Part shown: positions 25,967 through 36,124 of the stretch, in pieces
How positions within the stretch are numbered: position 1 is the stretch's first letter
Layout of the letters: every line of letters begins with the position of its first letter
NCBI RefSeq assembly: GCF_013315695.1
Contig: NZ_CP054353.1
Length of the DNA: 64,000 bases
Strand: one strand, 5' to 3'
Source of the DNA: Escherichia coli
Lineage (GTDB): Bacteria; Pseudomonadota; Gammaproteobacteria; Enterobacterales; Enterobacteriaceae
Position numbers and translations under genes: made by a program
The notes under the pieces: generated by a model
Database searches by the model: none
Seen by the model: only the letters and a program-made list of their open reading frames with translations
Told to the model about the DNA's origin: nothing

Positions 25967-26013
25967 ACCGGTTTTGTTGTGATTGTGAAGTGAGAGTTTT
26001 TGCGAGGTGAGGA

Positions 26014-26523
26014 GTGGCTACGCAGACTGAAGTTGCCAGGCATTTAAGTCTGACCGATCGCCAGCTTCGCAGATTGCAGAAATTGCCGGGTGCCCCGATA
26101 TCGAATAAGCGAGGGCAACTGGATCTGGATGCCTGGCGCGATTTTTACATATCGTATCTGAGAAGAAGTAAAAACGATGTGCCTGATGGCGATAGCGAAG
26201 ACGACTATGAGGAGAAATTGCTTATTGCCAGATGGGAACTGACAGCAGAACAGGCTGTTACACAGCAGTTAAAAAATGAGGTGTCAAAAGGAAAACTTAT
26301 TGACACCGGGTTCTGTATTTTTGCCCTCAGCAAGCTGGCAATGGCGTTATCCAGTACGCTTGATTCCATCCCTTTATCCATGCAGCGACAGTTTCCTGAT
26401 TTAACACCGCGCCATCTTGACCATCTGAAAACCCTTATTGCGAAGGGGGCAAATCAGTGTGCGCGGGCGGGGGATAAATTACCGGATTTACTCGATGAAT
26501 ATATCAGAGCAACAACTGAATAA
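26014..26523 (+). CDS. nu1: Terminase small subunit, Nu1-like
   Basis: GTG start; C-terminal half TGFCIFALSKLAMALSSTLDSIPLSMQRQFPDLTPRHLDHL... resembles lambda Nu1. Confidence 0.8.
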   Translation: MATQTEVARHLSLTDRQLRRLQKLPGAPISNKRGQLDLDAWRDFYISYLRRSKNDVPDGDSEDDYEEKLLIARWELTAEQAVTQQLKNEVSKGKLIDTGFCIFALSKLAMALSSTLDSIPLSMQRQFPDLTPRHLDHLKTLIAKGANQCARAGDKLPDLLDEYIRATTE

Positions 26524-28412
26524 TATGATGAGTGCTGTCACAACAGCATTACAGCCCCTGATAAGGGCATTGCCGGTGACGCCAGTTGAATGGGCTGATC
26601 AAAATTATTATCTGCCTAAAGAATCTTCATATGGTGAGGGAGAATGGAAAACGCTGCCGTTCCAGATCGCCATCATGAACAGCATGGGGAATGATCAGAT
26701 CCGGACTGTTAATCTGATTAAATCTGCCCGTGTTGGCTATACAAAGATGTTGCTGGGGGTGGTCGGGTATTTTATTGAGCATAAATCCCGAAACAGTCTG
26801 CTTTTTCAGCCCACGGATTCTGCCGCTGAAGATTTTATGAAGTCTCACGTGGAGGCGACGATTCGGGATGTGCCATGTCTGAAAGACCTTTCTCCATGGC
26901 TGGGGCGTAAACATCGTGACAATACTCTCACGCTGAAACGCTTTTCATCGGGTGTGGGCTTCTGGTGCCTGGGCGGCGCTGCCGCCAAAAACTACCGTGA
27001 AAAATCCGTGGACGTGGTCTGCTATGACGAACTTTCCTCGTTCGAACCGGATGTCGAAAAAGAGGGTTCGCCAACCCTGCTTGGGGATAAACGTATTGAG
27101 GGCTCTGTATGGCCCAAATCCATTCGCGGCTCGACGCCTAAAATCAAAGGCACCTGCCAGATCGAAAAAGCGGCCAACGAGTCGGCGCATTTCATGCGTT
27201 TTTATGTGCCCTGCCCGCACTGTGGGGAGGCGCAGTATCTGAAATTTGGCGATGAGTCCACGCCTTTTGGCCTTAAATGGGAGAAGGACAGCCCCGAAAG
27301 CGTTTTCTACCTCTGTGAACATCATGGCTGCGTGATCCATCAGTCTGAGCTTGACCAGAGCAACGGGCGGTGGATCTGTGAAAACACGGGGATGTGGACC
27401 CGCGACGGTCTGACGTTTTTCAGCGCTGCGGATAATGAAATTCCGCCGCCGCGCTCCATCACATTCCATATCTGGACGGCGTACAGTCCGTTCACCACCT
27501 GGGTACAGATTGTCTATGACTGGCTGGATGCACTGAAAGATCCCAACGGCCTGAAAACCTTTGTGAACACCACGCTGGGCGAGACCTGGGAAGAGGCCGT
27601 GGGCGAAAAACTCGATCACCAGGTGCTGATGGATAAGGTTGTGCGTTACACGGCTGCGGTGCCTTCCCGGGTGGTTTATCTGACGGCGGGCATTGACTCG
27701 CAGCGAAACCGTTTTGAGATGTATGTCTGGGGATGGGCTCCGGGAGAGGAAGCCTTTCTGGTGGATAAAATCATCATTATGGGGCGTCCCGATGAGGAAG
27801 AGACGCTGTTACGTGTGGATGTGGCGATCAACAAAAAATACCGCCATGCAGACGGAACCGAAATGACCATTTCCCGTGTCTGCTGGGACACCGGGGGGAA
27901 TTGTCTATCAGAGGTCAAAAAAACACGGTGTTTTCCGGGTGCTGCCGGTAAAAGGTGCATCTGTTTATGGCAAGCCGGTGATCACCATGCCAAAAACCCG
28001 CAATCAGCGGGGCGTGTATCTGTGCGAAGTGGGGACGGACACCGCAAAAGAAATTCTCTATGCCCGTATGAAAGCCGATCCCACGCCTGCGGATGAAGCC
28101 ACGTCGTATGCCATCCGTTTTCCTGATGATCCGGAGATTTTTTCGCAGACAGAGGCGCAGCAACTGGTGGCGGAAGAGCTTGTGGAGAAGTGGGAAAAAG
28201 GAAAGATGCGTCTGCTGTGGGATAACAAAAAGCGGCGTAACGAAGCGCTGGACTGCCTGGTGTATGCCTACGCGGCATTACGTGTGTCCGTGCAACGCTG
28301 GCAGCTTGATCTGGCTGTACTGGCAAAATCCCGGGAAGAAGAGACGACCCGGCCAACCCTTAAAGAACTGGCAGCGAAGCTGTCCGGAGGAGTGAATGGT
28401 TACAGTCGCTGA
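26495..28412 (+). pseudogene. A: Terminase large subunit gpA, interrupted by a +1 frameshift near 27893-27900
   Basis: N-terminal 466 aa (MNISEQQLNN...ISRVCWDTGG) and C-terminal 170 aa (...IVYQRSKKHGVFRVLPVKGASVYGKP...) both lambda-gpA-like but in different frames; junction at ccggggggaattg. Confidence 0.6.
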
Positions 28413-28602
28413 ACTGCAGGCGCTGCGTCAGGCGCGCCTTGATTTATTAACCGGTAAACGGGTGGTGTCTGTCCAGAAAGATGGTCGCAGAATTGAATAT
28501 ACGGCAGCTTCTCTGGATGAGCTTAACCGGGCGATCAATGATGCGGAGTCGGTACTGGGGACAACCCGCCGTCGCCGTCGTCCGCTGGGAGTGAGGTTAT
28601 GA
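28396..28602 (+). CDS. W: Head-tail joining protein gpW
   Basis: MVTVAELQALRQARLDLLTGKRVVSVQKDGRRIEYTAASLDEL..., lambda-W-like. Confidence 0.85.
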   Translation: MVTVAELQALRQARLDLLTGKRVVSVQKDGRRIEYTAASLDELNRAINDAESVLGTTRRRRRPLGVRL

Positions 28603-30191
28603 AACGAACGCCTGTCCTGATTGATGTGAACGGCGTTCCGCTTCGGGAGAGCCTCAGCTACAACGGTGGCGGTGCAGGATTTGGCGGGCAAATGGCAGAG
28701 TGGTTGCCACCCTCGCAGAGTGCCGATGCGGCCCTGCTGCCCGCGTTGCGTCTGGGGAATGCCCGTGCAGATGATCTGGTGCGCAATAACGGAATAGCGG
28801 CCAATGCGGTGGCCCTGCATAAGGATCACATTGTCGGGCATATGTTTCTGATCAGTTACCGTCCGAACTGGCGCTGGCTGGGGATGCGGGAGACCGCGGC
28901 AAAAAGTTTTGTCGATGAGGTGGAGGCGGCCTGGTCAGAATACGCAGAAGGGATGTTTGGTGAGATCGACATGGAAGGGAAACGCACGTTCACGGAATTT
29001 ATCCGTGAAGGTGTGGGCGTTCATGCGTTTAACGGCGAAATCTTTGTGCAGCCGGTCTGGGATACGGAGAGCACGCAACTGTTTCGTACGCGTTTTAAAG
29101 CCGTGAGTCCGAAACGGGTGGACACGCCAGGACACGGTATGGGGAACCGTTTTCTGCGGGCCGGTGTGGAGGTCGATCGATATGGTCGTGCCGTTGCGTA
29201 CCATATCTGTGAGGATGATTTTCCTCGCTCCGGGAGTGGACGATGGGAACGGATCCCGCGTGAACTTCCCACCGGGCGTCCGGCCATGCTGCATATTTTC
29301 GAGCCGGTGGAGGACGGGCAGACCCGTGGGGCCAATCAGTTTTACAGCGTAATGGAACGGCTGAAGATGCTCGATTCCCTGCAGGCAACACAGCTTCAGT
29401 CGGCCATAGTGAAGGCGATGTATGCAGCGACGATTGAAAGTGAACTTGATACCGAAAAGGCCTTTGAATATATCGCCGGTGCGCCGCAGGGGCAGAAGGA
29501 TAATCCGCTTATTAATATTCTGGAGAAGTTCTCCACCTGGTATGACACGAATAGCGTGACGCTGGGCGGTGTCAAAATTCCGCACCTTTTCCCCGGTGAT
29601 GATCTGAAACTTCAGACCGCGCAGGATTCAGACAATGGATTTTCGGCGCTTGAACAGGCGCTGCTGCGGTATATCGCCGCCGGTCTTGGCGTTTCCTACG
29701 AACAGTTGTCCCGTGATTACTCGAAGGTCAGTTATTCAAGTGCCCGCGCATCCGCCAATGAGTCGTGGCGCTATTTTATGGGGCGGCGAAAATTTATTGC
29801 GTCCCGGCTGGCCACGCAGATGTTTTCCTGCTGGCTGGAAGAGGCACTTCTTCGGGGGATTATTCGTCCGCCACGGGCGCGTTTTGATTTTTATCAGGCG
29901 CGATCAGCCTGGTCACGGGCTGAGTGGATTGGAGCCGGAAGAATGGCCATTGACGGGCTCAAGGAGGTTCAGGAATCAGTGATGCGCATTGAGGCCGGAC
30001 TGAGCACGTATGAGAAAGAGCTGGCGCTGATGGGCGAGGATTATCAGGACATTTTCCGCCAGCAGGTCAGGGAATCTGCAGAGCGGGAAAAAGCCGGACT
30101 CTCACGTCCGGTGTGGATAGCGCAGGCGTATCAGCAGCAGATAGCGGAGAGTCGCAGGCCGGAAGAGGAGACAACACCACGTGAGACGTAA
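28599..30191 (+). CDS. B: Portal protein gpB
   Basis: 530 aa, lambda-B-like; start overlaps the W stop. Confidence 0.9.
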   Translation: MKRTPVLIDVNGVPLRESLSYNGGGAGFGGQMAEWLPPSQSADAALLPALRLGNARADDLVRNNGIAANAVALHKDHIVGHMFLISYRPNWRWLGMRETAAKSFVDEVEAAWSEYAEGMFGEIDMEGKRTFTEFIREGVGVHAFNGEIFVQPVWDTESTQLFRTRFKAVSPKRVDTPGHGMGNRFLRAGVEVDRYGRAVAYHICEDDFPRSGSGRWERIPRELPTGRPAMLHIFEPVEDGQTRGANQFYSVMERLKMLDSLQATQLQSAIVKAMYAATIESELDTEKAFEYIAGAPQGQKDNPLINILEKFSTWYDTNSVTLGGVKIPHLFPGDDLKLQTAQDSDNGFSALEQALLRYIAAGLGVSYEQLSRDYSKVSYSSARASANESWRYFMGRRKFIASRLATQMFSCWLEEALLRGIIRPPRARFDFYQARSAWSRAEWIGAGRMAIDGLKEVQESVMRIEAGLSTYEKELALMGEDYQDIFRQQVRESAEREKAGLSRPVWIAQAYQQQIAESRRPEEETTPRET

Positions 30192-31686
30192 TCTTTCACA
30201 CATTATTGCCGCAGCATTCAATGAACCGCTGCTTCTGGAGCCCGCCTATGCGCGGGTTTTCTTTTGCGCGCTCGGGCGCGAGATGGGGGCAGCAAGTCTT
30301 TCGGTACCGCAACAGCAGGTACAGCTTGATGCTCCCGGGATGCTGGCTGAAACGGACGAGTACATGGCCGGAGGTAAACGACCGGCCCGTGTTTACCGGG
30401 TGGTGAACGGTATTGCGGTACTGCCGGTGACCGGCACGCTGGTGCACCGGCTGGGGGGGATGCGGCCATTTTCCGGAATGACTGGCTATGACGGCATTGT
30501 CGCCTGTCTTCAGCAGGCAATGGCAGATAGCCAGGTGCGGGGCATACTGCTGGACATTGACAGTCCGGGCGGGCAGGCCGCCGGCGCGTTTGACTGCGCT
30601 GACATGATTTACCGCCTCCGGCAGCAGAAGCCGGTCTGGGCACTGTGTAATGACACGGCCTGTTCTGCAGCCATGCTGCTGGCGTCGGCCTGCTCCCGAC
30701 GGCTGGTTACCCAGACATCCCGTATCGGCTCCATTGGCGTGATGATGAGCCATGTCAGCTATGCCGGTCATCTGGCGCAGGCCGGTGTGGATATCACGCT
30801 GATTTACTCAGGAGCGCACAAGGTGGATGGCAATCAGTTTGAAGCGTTGCCGGCAGAGGTTCGCCAGGACATGCAGCAGCGGATTGATGCGGCGCGCCGG
30901 ATGTTTGCCGAAAAAGTGGCGATGTATACCGGTCTGTCTGTTGATGCGGTCACGGGAACAGAGGCTGCCGTTTTTGAAGGTCAGTCCGGCATTGAGGCCG
31001 GGCTGGCGGATGAATTAATCAATGCGTCGGATGCCATCAGTGTGATGGCCACGGCGCTGAACAGTAATGTCAGAGGAGGCACTATGCCGCAATTAACTGC
31101 AACGGAAGCCGCCGTGCAGGAGAACCAGCGAGTGATGGGGATCCTGACATGCCAGGAAGCGAAAGGACGTGAACAGCTTGCCACGATGCTGGCAGGGCAA
31201 CAGGGCATGAGCGTTGAACAGGCCCGGGCGATTCTGGCCGCGGCGGCACCGCAGCAGCCGGTGGCATCCGCACAGAGTGAAGCCGATCGCATTATGGCGT
31301 GTGAAGAAGCGAACGGTCGTGAACAACTGGCGGCAACGCTGGCGGCGATGCCGGAGATGACGGTGGAAAAAGCCCGCCCGATCCTGGCTGCTTCACCGCA
31401 GGCGAATGCCGGACCATCACTCCGTGATCAGATCATGGCACTGGATGAGGCAAAAGGGGCTGAGGCGCAGGCTGAACAGCTGGCTGCCTGCCCGGGAATG
31501 ACTGTGGAGAGCGCCCGGGCTGTGCTGGCTGCGGGATCAGGTAAGGCAGAACCGGTCTCTGCATCCACAACCGCCCTGTTTGAACATTTCATGGCGAACC
31601 ATTCACCGGCTGCGGTCCAGGGGGGCGTGTCACAGGCGTCAGAAGACGGTGATGCGGACGTGAAAATGCTCATGGCCATGCCATGA
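30181..31686 (+). CDS. C: Head protease/scaffold gpC-like (S49-type peptidase N-domain plus repeat-containing C-terminal region)
   Basis: GTG start overlapping the B stop; three tandem ~40-aa repeats in the C-terminal half. Confidence 0.8.
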   Translation: MRRNLSHIIAAAFNEPLLLEPAYARVFFCALGREMGAASLSVPQQQVQLDAPGMLAETDEYMAGGKRPARVYRVVNGIAVLPVTGTLVHRLGGMRPFSGMTGYDGIVACLQQAMADSQVRGILLDIDSPGGQAAGAFDCADMIYRLRQQKPVWALCNDTACSAAMLLASACSRRLVTQTSRIGSIGVMMSHVSYAGHLAQAGVDITLIYSGAHKVDGNQFEALPAEVRQDMQQRIDAARRMFAEKVAMYTGLSVDAVTGTEAAVFEGQSGIEAGLADELINASDAISVMATALNSNVRGGTMPQLTATEAAVQENQRVMGILTCQEAKGREQLATMLAGQQGMSVEQARAILAAAAPQQPVASAQSEADRIMACEEANGREQLAATLAAMPEMTVEKARPILAASPQANAGPSLRDQIMALDEAKGAEAQAEQLAACPGMTVESARAVLAAGSGKAEPVSASTTALFEHFMANHSPAAVQGGVSQASEDGDADVKMLMAMP

Positions 31687-31722
31687 AGTCAGTGCTGAAC
31701 ATCAATACGAGGTTTTTACAAT

Positions 31723-32070
31723 ATGGTGACGAAAACCATCACTGAACAGCGTGCGGAAGTACGTATTTTTGCCGGTAATGATCCGGCTCACACCGCCACA
31801 GGCAGCAGCGGGATTTCCTCGGCAACACCGGCACTGACACCCCTGATGCTGGATGGGGCCACCGGGAAACTGGTGGTCTGGGACGGACAGAAAGCCGGTA
31901 GTGCGGTTGGCATACTGGTACTGCCGCTTGAAGGCACAGAGGAGGTGCTGACCTATTACAAGTCGGGGACCTTTGCGACGGAGGCAATCCGCTGGCCTGA
32001 AAGTGTGGATGAACACAAAAAGGCCAACGCCTTTACCGGCAGTGCCCTGAGTCACGCGGCGCTGCCGTAA
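31723..32070 (+). CDS. D: Head decoration protein gpD
   Basis: ...NDPAHTATGSSGISSATPALTPLMLDGATGKLVVWDG...YYKSGTF..., lambda-D-like. Confidence 0.85.
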   Translation: MVTKTITEQRAEVRIFAGNDPAHTATGSSGISSATPALTPLMLDGATGKLVVWDGQKAGSAVGILVLPLEGTEEVLTYYKSGTFATEAIRWPESVDEHKKANAFTGSALSHAALP

Positions 32071-32127
32071 CACGTTATCAGGCCACCGCGTTGGCCTGAC
32101 TGATTTCTTAATGAAAGGAACTGATTT

Positions 32128-33156
32128 ATGGGATTGTTTACGACCCGCCAGTTACTCGGTTATACCGAACAAAAAGTTAAATTCCGTGCGCTGTTTCTGG
32201 AGCTGTTTTTCCGCCGTACGGTGAATTTCCACACCGAAGAGGTGATGCTGGACAAAATTACCGGAAAAACGCCGGTGGCGGCCTATGTCTCCCCGATCGT
32301 TGAAGGAAAAGTGCTTCGCCATCGCGGTGGTGAAACCCGCGTGTTACGTCCGGGCTACGTCAAGCCCAAACACGAATTTAATTACCAGCAGGCGGTTGAG
32401 CGCCTTCCTGGTGAAGATCCGGCTCAGCTGAACGACCCGGCCTACCGTCGTCTGCGTATCATTACCGATAACCTCAAACAGGAAGAGCACGCCATTGTCC
32501 AGGTGGAAGAAATGCAGGCGGTGAATGCCGTGCTGTATGGCAAATACACCATGGAAGGGGATCAGTTTGATACTGTCGAGGTGGATTTCGGGCGCTCTGA
32601 AGGAAATAACATTGAGCAGGCTGACGGTAAAAAATGGTCTGAGCAGGACCGTGATACGTTTGATCCGACGCATGATATTGACCTCTACTGCGATCAGGCC
32701 AGCGGCCTTGTGAATATCGCCATTATGGACGGTACGGTCTGGCGTCTGCTGAATGGCTTTAAGCTGTTCCGCGAAAAACTGGATACCCGTCGCGGCTCAA
32801 ATTCACAACTCGAAACGGCAGTGAAAGACCTGGGGGCGGTGGTGTCCTTCAAGGGGTATTACGGCGATCTGGCCATTGTGGTGGCGAAAACGTCTTATGT
32901 GGCAGAAGACGGTACCGAAAAACGTTATCTGCCGGAGGGCACACTGGTCCTGGGGAATACGGCAGCAGAGGGCATTCGTTGCTATGGTGCCATTCAGGAT
33001 GCGCAGGCGTTGTCCGAAGGTGTGGTGGCCTCTTCCCGTTATCCGAAACACTGGCTGACTGTGGGCGATCCGGCCCGTGAATTCACCATGACGCAGTCCG
33101 CACCGCTGATGGTGCTGCCGGATCCGGATGAGTTTGTGGTGGTACAGGTGAAATAA
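32128..33156 (+). CDS. E: Major capsid protein gpE
   Basis: 342 aa, closely lambda-E-like (...RIEGSVWPK-type motifs, C-terminal GDPAREFTMTQSAPLMVLPDPDEFVVVQV). Confidence 0.9.
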   Translation: MGLFTTRQLLGYTEQKVKFRALFLELFFRRTVNFHTEEVMLDKITGKTPVAAYVSPIVEGKVLRHRGGETRVLRPGYVKPKHEFNYQQAVERLPGEDPAQLNDPAYRRLRIITDNLKQEEHAIVQVEEMQAVNAVLYGKYTMEGDQFDTVEVDFGRSEGNNIEQADGKKWSEQDRDTFDPTHDIDLYCDQASGLVNIAIMDGTVWRLLNGFKLFREKLDTRRGSNSQLETAVKDLGAVVSFKGYYGDLAIVVAKTSYVAEDGTEKRYLPEGTLVLGNTAAEGIRCYGAIQDAQALSEGVVASSRYPKHWLTVGDPAREFTMTQSAPLMVLPDPDEFVVVQVK

Positions 33157-33207
33157 TCCGTGAGCGGGGGCGAAATGCCCCCGTGTCTTTTTTCACAGGA
33201 GGCTGAG

Positions 33208-33591
33208 ATGGCAACAAAAGAAGAAAATCTGAATCGTCTTCGTCAACTGGCTGGCCTGCTGGGGCGCGAGGCGGATATGTCGGGGAGTGCTGCGGATATT
33301 GCTCAACGTGTGTCTGAGTGGGAAGAGGAGCTTGCTGTTTCCCCGGAGGGCATTATGCACTCTGATGAGAGCGGGGCTGATCAAAATCACACAGACGATG
33401 GTGAGCAGTTGCACAACACTGATGCTCCGGATGATGTTAAAGCGGTCCGTGTGCGGAAATGCCTGCATGTGATGGGGTATTGCCCGGAGACAGGCCGTCC
33501 CGTTGAACTGACGTACCGGGGCATGCGTGTTATGGTGCCATCACCACTGGCGACAGCCATGATACAGCACGGAACGGCTGAGCATGCGTGA
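33208..33591 (+). CDS. FI: DNA-packaging protein FI-like
   Basis: RBS AGGAGG 6 nt before ATG (MATKEENLNRLRQLAG...); position between E and FII. Confidence 0.65.
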   Translation: MATKEENLNRLRQLAGLLGREADMSGSAADIAQRVSEWEEELAVSPEGIMHSDESGADQNHTDDGEQLHNTDAPDDVKAVRVRKCLHVMGYCPETGRPVELTYRGMRVMVPSPLATAMIQHGTAEHA

Positions 33592-33937
33592 TTTTCAGAA
33601 TGCCTTTGATGCTGCCCTCGCCGGGGTGGACAGTACGATCGTTGAAGTGATGGGGATCCGTGCGCAGTTCACCTCCGGAGCACAACGTGGCGGCGAAGTT
33701 CAGGGGGTTTTTGACGATCCGGAGTCGCTGGGTTTTGCCGGTGGCGGGGTCCGTATTGAAGGAAGCAGCCCGTCATTATTTGTGCGGACGGATACGGTGC
33801 GTGCCGTGCGGCGTGGTGACACGCTGACCATTAACGGCGAGATGTTCTGGGTGGATCGTGTTTCTCCGGATGACGGGGGAAGCTGTTATCTCTGGCTCAA
33901 CCGTGGGCAACCACCCGCTGTTAACCGGCGACGATAA
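33584..33937 (+). CDS. FII: Head-tail connector gpFII
   Basis: MRDFQNAFDAALAGVDS...WVDRVSPDDGGSCYLWLNRGQPPAVNRRR, lambda-FII-like. Confidence 0.85.
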   Translation: MRDFQNAFDAALAGVDSTIVEVMGIRAQFTSGAQRGGEVQGVFDDPESLGFAGGGVRIEGSSPSLFVRTDTVRAVRRGDTLTINGEMFWVDRVSPDDGGSCYLWLNRGQPPAVNRRR

Positions 33938-33952
33938 ACGCAGGGTGAAATT

Positions 33953-34528
33953 ATGGCGATAAAAGGGCTTGATCAGGCGATTGATAATCTGAGCCGGGTT
34001 CGTAAAAACGCCATTCCGGCGGCTTCAGCAATGACGATTAACCGCGTGGCCACAACGGCGATTAATCAGTCTTCATCACAGGTTGCCCGGGAGACAAAGG
34101 TACGCCGGAAACTGGTTAAGGAACGGTCCAGACTGAAACGGGCCACGGTCAGAAATCCGAATGCAAAAATTATCGTTAACCGCGGTGATCTCCCTGTGAT
34201 TAAGCTGGGGATCAGAATGCTGGGGCGTCGTCCGGACAGCATACTCAAAGCCGGTCAGCATCGTTATCAGCGGGCATTTATCCAGCGATTAAATAATGGG
34301 CGCTGGCATGTTATGCAACGTCTTCCCCAGGCCAGATATGAGGAGGGCAATGACGACAAGGGAAGGAAAAAGCGTAATCGCCTTCCCATTCAGGTGGTGA
34401 AAATCCCGATGGCGGCCCCACTGAAACAGGCATTTGATGAGAATGTTGACCGTATCCGGCGTGAACGCCTGCCTAAAGAACTGGCATACGCGCTGAAACA
34501 ACAACTGAGGATTGCGATAAAACGATGA
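33953..34528 (+). CDS. Z: Tail completion protein gpZ
   Basis: MAIKGLDQAIDNLSRVRKNAIPAASAMTINRVATTAINQSSSQVARETKVRRKLVKER..., lambda-Z-like. Confidence 0.85.
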   Translation: MAIKGLDQAIDNLSRVRKNAIPAASAMTINRVATTAINQSSSQVARETKVRRKLVKERSRLKRATVRNPNAKIIVNRGDLPVIKLGIRMLGRRPDSILKAGQHRYQRAFIQRLNNGRWHVMQRLPQARYEEGNDDKGRKKRNRLPIQVVKIPMAAPLKQAFDENVDRIRRERLPKELAYALKQQLRIAIKR

Positions 34529-34920
34529 AACACACTGACATTCGTGCCGCAGTGCTGGATGCACTCGAGCAGCATGAACACGGGGCGACGCTGTTTGATG
34601 GTCGCCCCGTTGTTTTTGACGAAGAGGATTTTCCTGCGATCGCGGTTTATCTGACGGATGCAGAGTATACCGGTGAAGAGCTGGATGCAGATACCTGGCG
34701 GGCCACGCTGCATATTGAGGTGTTTTTACCGGCACAGGTACCGGATTCAGAGCTTGATCAGTGGATGGAAAGCCGGATTTACCCGGCGATGACCGCGATC
34801 CCGGCACTGGCAGGACTGATTACCACGATGGTTACGCAGGGCTATGAGTATCGTCGTGATGACGATATGGCGTTATGGAGTTCTGCAGATCTGACTTATT
34901 CCATTACATACGAGATGTGA
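34525..34920 (+). CDS. U: Tail terminator gpU
   Basis: [54 protein letters not shown]..., lambda-U-like. Confidence 0.9.
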   Translation: MKHTDIRAAVLDALEQHEHGATLFDGRPVVFDEEDFPAIAVYLTDAEYTGEELDADTWRATLHIEVFLPAQVPDSELDQWMESRIYPAMTAIPALAGLITTMVTQGYEYRRDDDMALWSSADLTYSITYEM

Positions 34921-34927
34921 GGACGAT

Positions 34928-35674
34928 ATGGCAACACCAAATCCCCTTGAGCCGGTAAAAGGTGCCGGTACCACTCTGTGGGTTTACAACGGCAAGGCTG
35001 ATGCTTACGCAAACCCGTTGTCAGACGATGGCTGGCAGCGACTGGCTAAGGTGAAGGATCTGACGCCGGGCGAGATGACGGCTGAACCCTACGATGATAA
35101 CTACCTGGATGATGAAGACGCGGACTGGACCGCGACCGGGCAGGGACAGAAATCTGCAGGTGATACCAGTTTTACGCTGGCCTGGAAACCGGGAGAGGAA
35201 GGCCAGAAAGGGCTTATAGGCTGGTTTGAAAGCGGCGATGTCCGGGCCTATAAAATCCGTTTTCCGAATGGCACGGTGGATGTGTTTCGTGGCTGGGTCA
35301 GCAGTATCGGTAAGGCCGTGACGGCGAAAGAAGTGATCACCCGCACGGTGAAAGTCACTAACGTGGGTAAACCTTCTGTAGCGGAAGAACGCAGCAAAAT
35401 TACGCCGGTCACTGCGATTAAGGTAACGCCGACAGGTACGGTTGAAAAAGGGAAAACAACCACCCTGACCGTTACTGTGGAACCGGAAAATGCAACGGAT
35501 AAGACATTCAGGGCGATTTCCGCCGATCCATCAAAAGCCACCATTAGCGTGAAAGATATGACGATTACTGTGACGGGGGTTAAGGATGGAAAAGTCAGCA
35601 TCCCTGTGATTTCCGGTAATGGTCAGTTTGCTGCGGTGGCTGAAATTACCGTTAATAATGTGCCGGGTGGCTAA
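34928..35674 (+). CDS. V: Major tail protein gpV
   Basis: ...[76 protein letters not shown]..., lambda-V-like. Confidence 0.9.
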   Translation: MATPNPLEPVKGAGTTLWVYNGKADAYANPLSDDGWQRLAKVKDLTPGEMTAEPYDDNYLDDEDADWTATGQGQKSAGDTSFTLAWKPGEEGQKGLIGWFESGDVRAYKIRFPNGTVDVFRGWVSSIGKAVTAKEVITRTVKVTNVGKPSVAEERSKITPVTAIKVTPTGTVEKGKTTTLTVTVEPENATDKTFRAISADPSKATISVKDMTITVTGVKDGKVSIPVISGNGQFAAVAEITVNNVPGG

Positions 35675-35692
35675 AGAGCTGAGAGATAAGCG

Positions 35693-36124
35693 ATGTTCCT
35701 GAAAACAGAACAATTTGAATATAACGGTGTATCCGTCACGCTTTCTGAGCTGTCTGCGCTGCAGCGTATTGAGCATCTTGCCCTCCTGAAACGGCGGGCA
35801 GAAGAGGCTGAAGCCAGCGGCAACCTGCAGGTGAGTGTGGAAGATCTTGTCAGAACCGGCGCGTTTCTGGTGGCGATGTCCCTGTGGCATAACCATCCAC
35901 AGAAAACGCAGTCACCGTCAATGAATGAGGCCGTGATGAAGATAGAGCAGGAAGTGCTCACCACCTGGCCTGCCGATGCCATTGCCCGGGCGGAAGACGT
36001 GGTGTTGTGCCTGTCCGGGATGATCGAAGCTGTTCGTCCGGATACTGATATTACTGAAGTGGCGAAAAATAACACGCTGACTGATGATGATTTTTCTGCG
36101 GGAAAGTCTTCGACGGCGAGCTGA
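35693..36124 (+). CDS. G: Tail assembly chaperone gpG
   Basis: MFLKTEQFEYNGVSVTLSELSALQRIEHLALLKRRAEEAEASG..., lambda-G-like. Confidence 0.9.
   Translation: MFLKTEQFEYNGVSVTLSELSALQRIEHLALLKRRAEEAEASGNLQVSVEDLVRTGAFLVAMSLWHNHPQKTQSPSMNEAVMKIEQEVLTTWPADAIARAEDVVLCLSGMIEAVRPDTDITEVAKNNTLTDDDFSAGKSSTAS

Noticed and set aside
26945-27619. 224-aa reverse-strand ORF inside the large terminase gene
   Set aside because: Antisense to a strongly supported gpA-like reading frame; no RBS or family resemblance.
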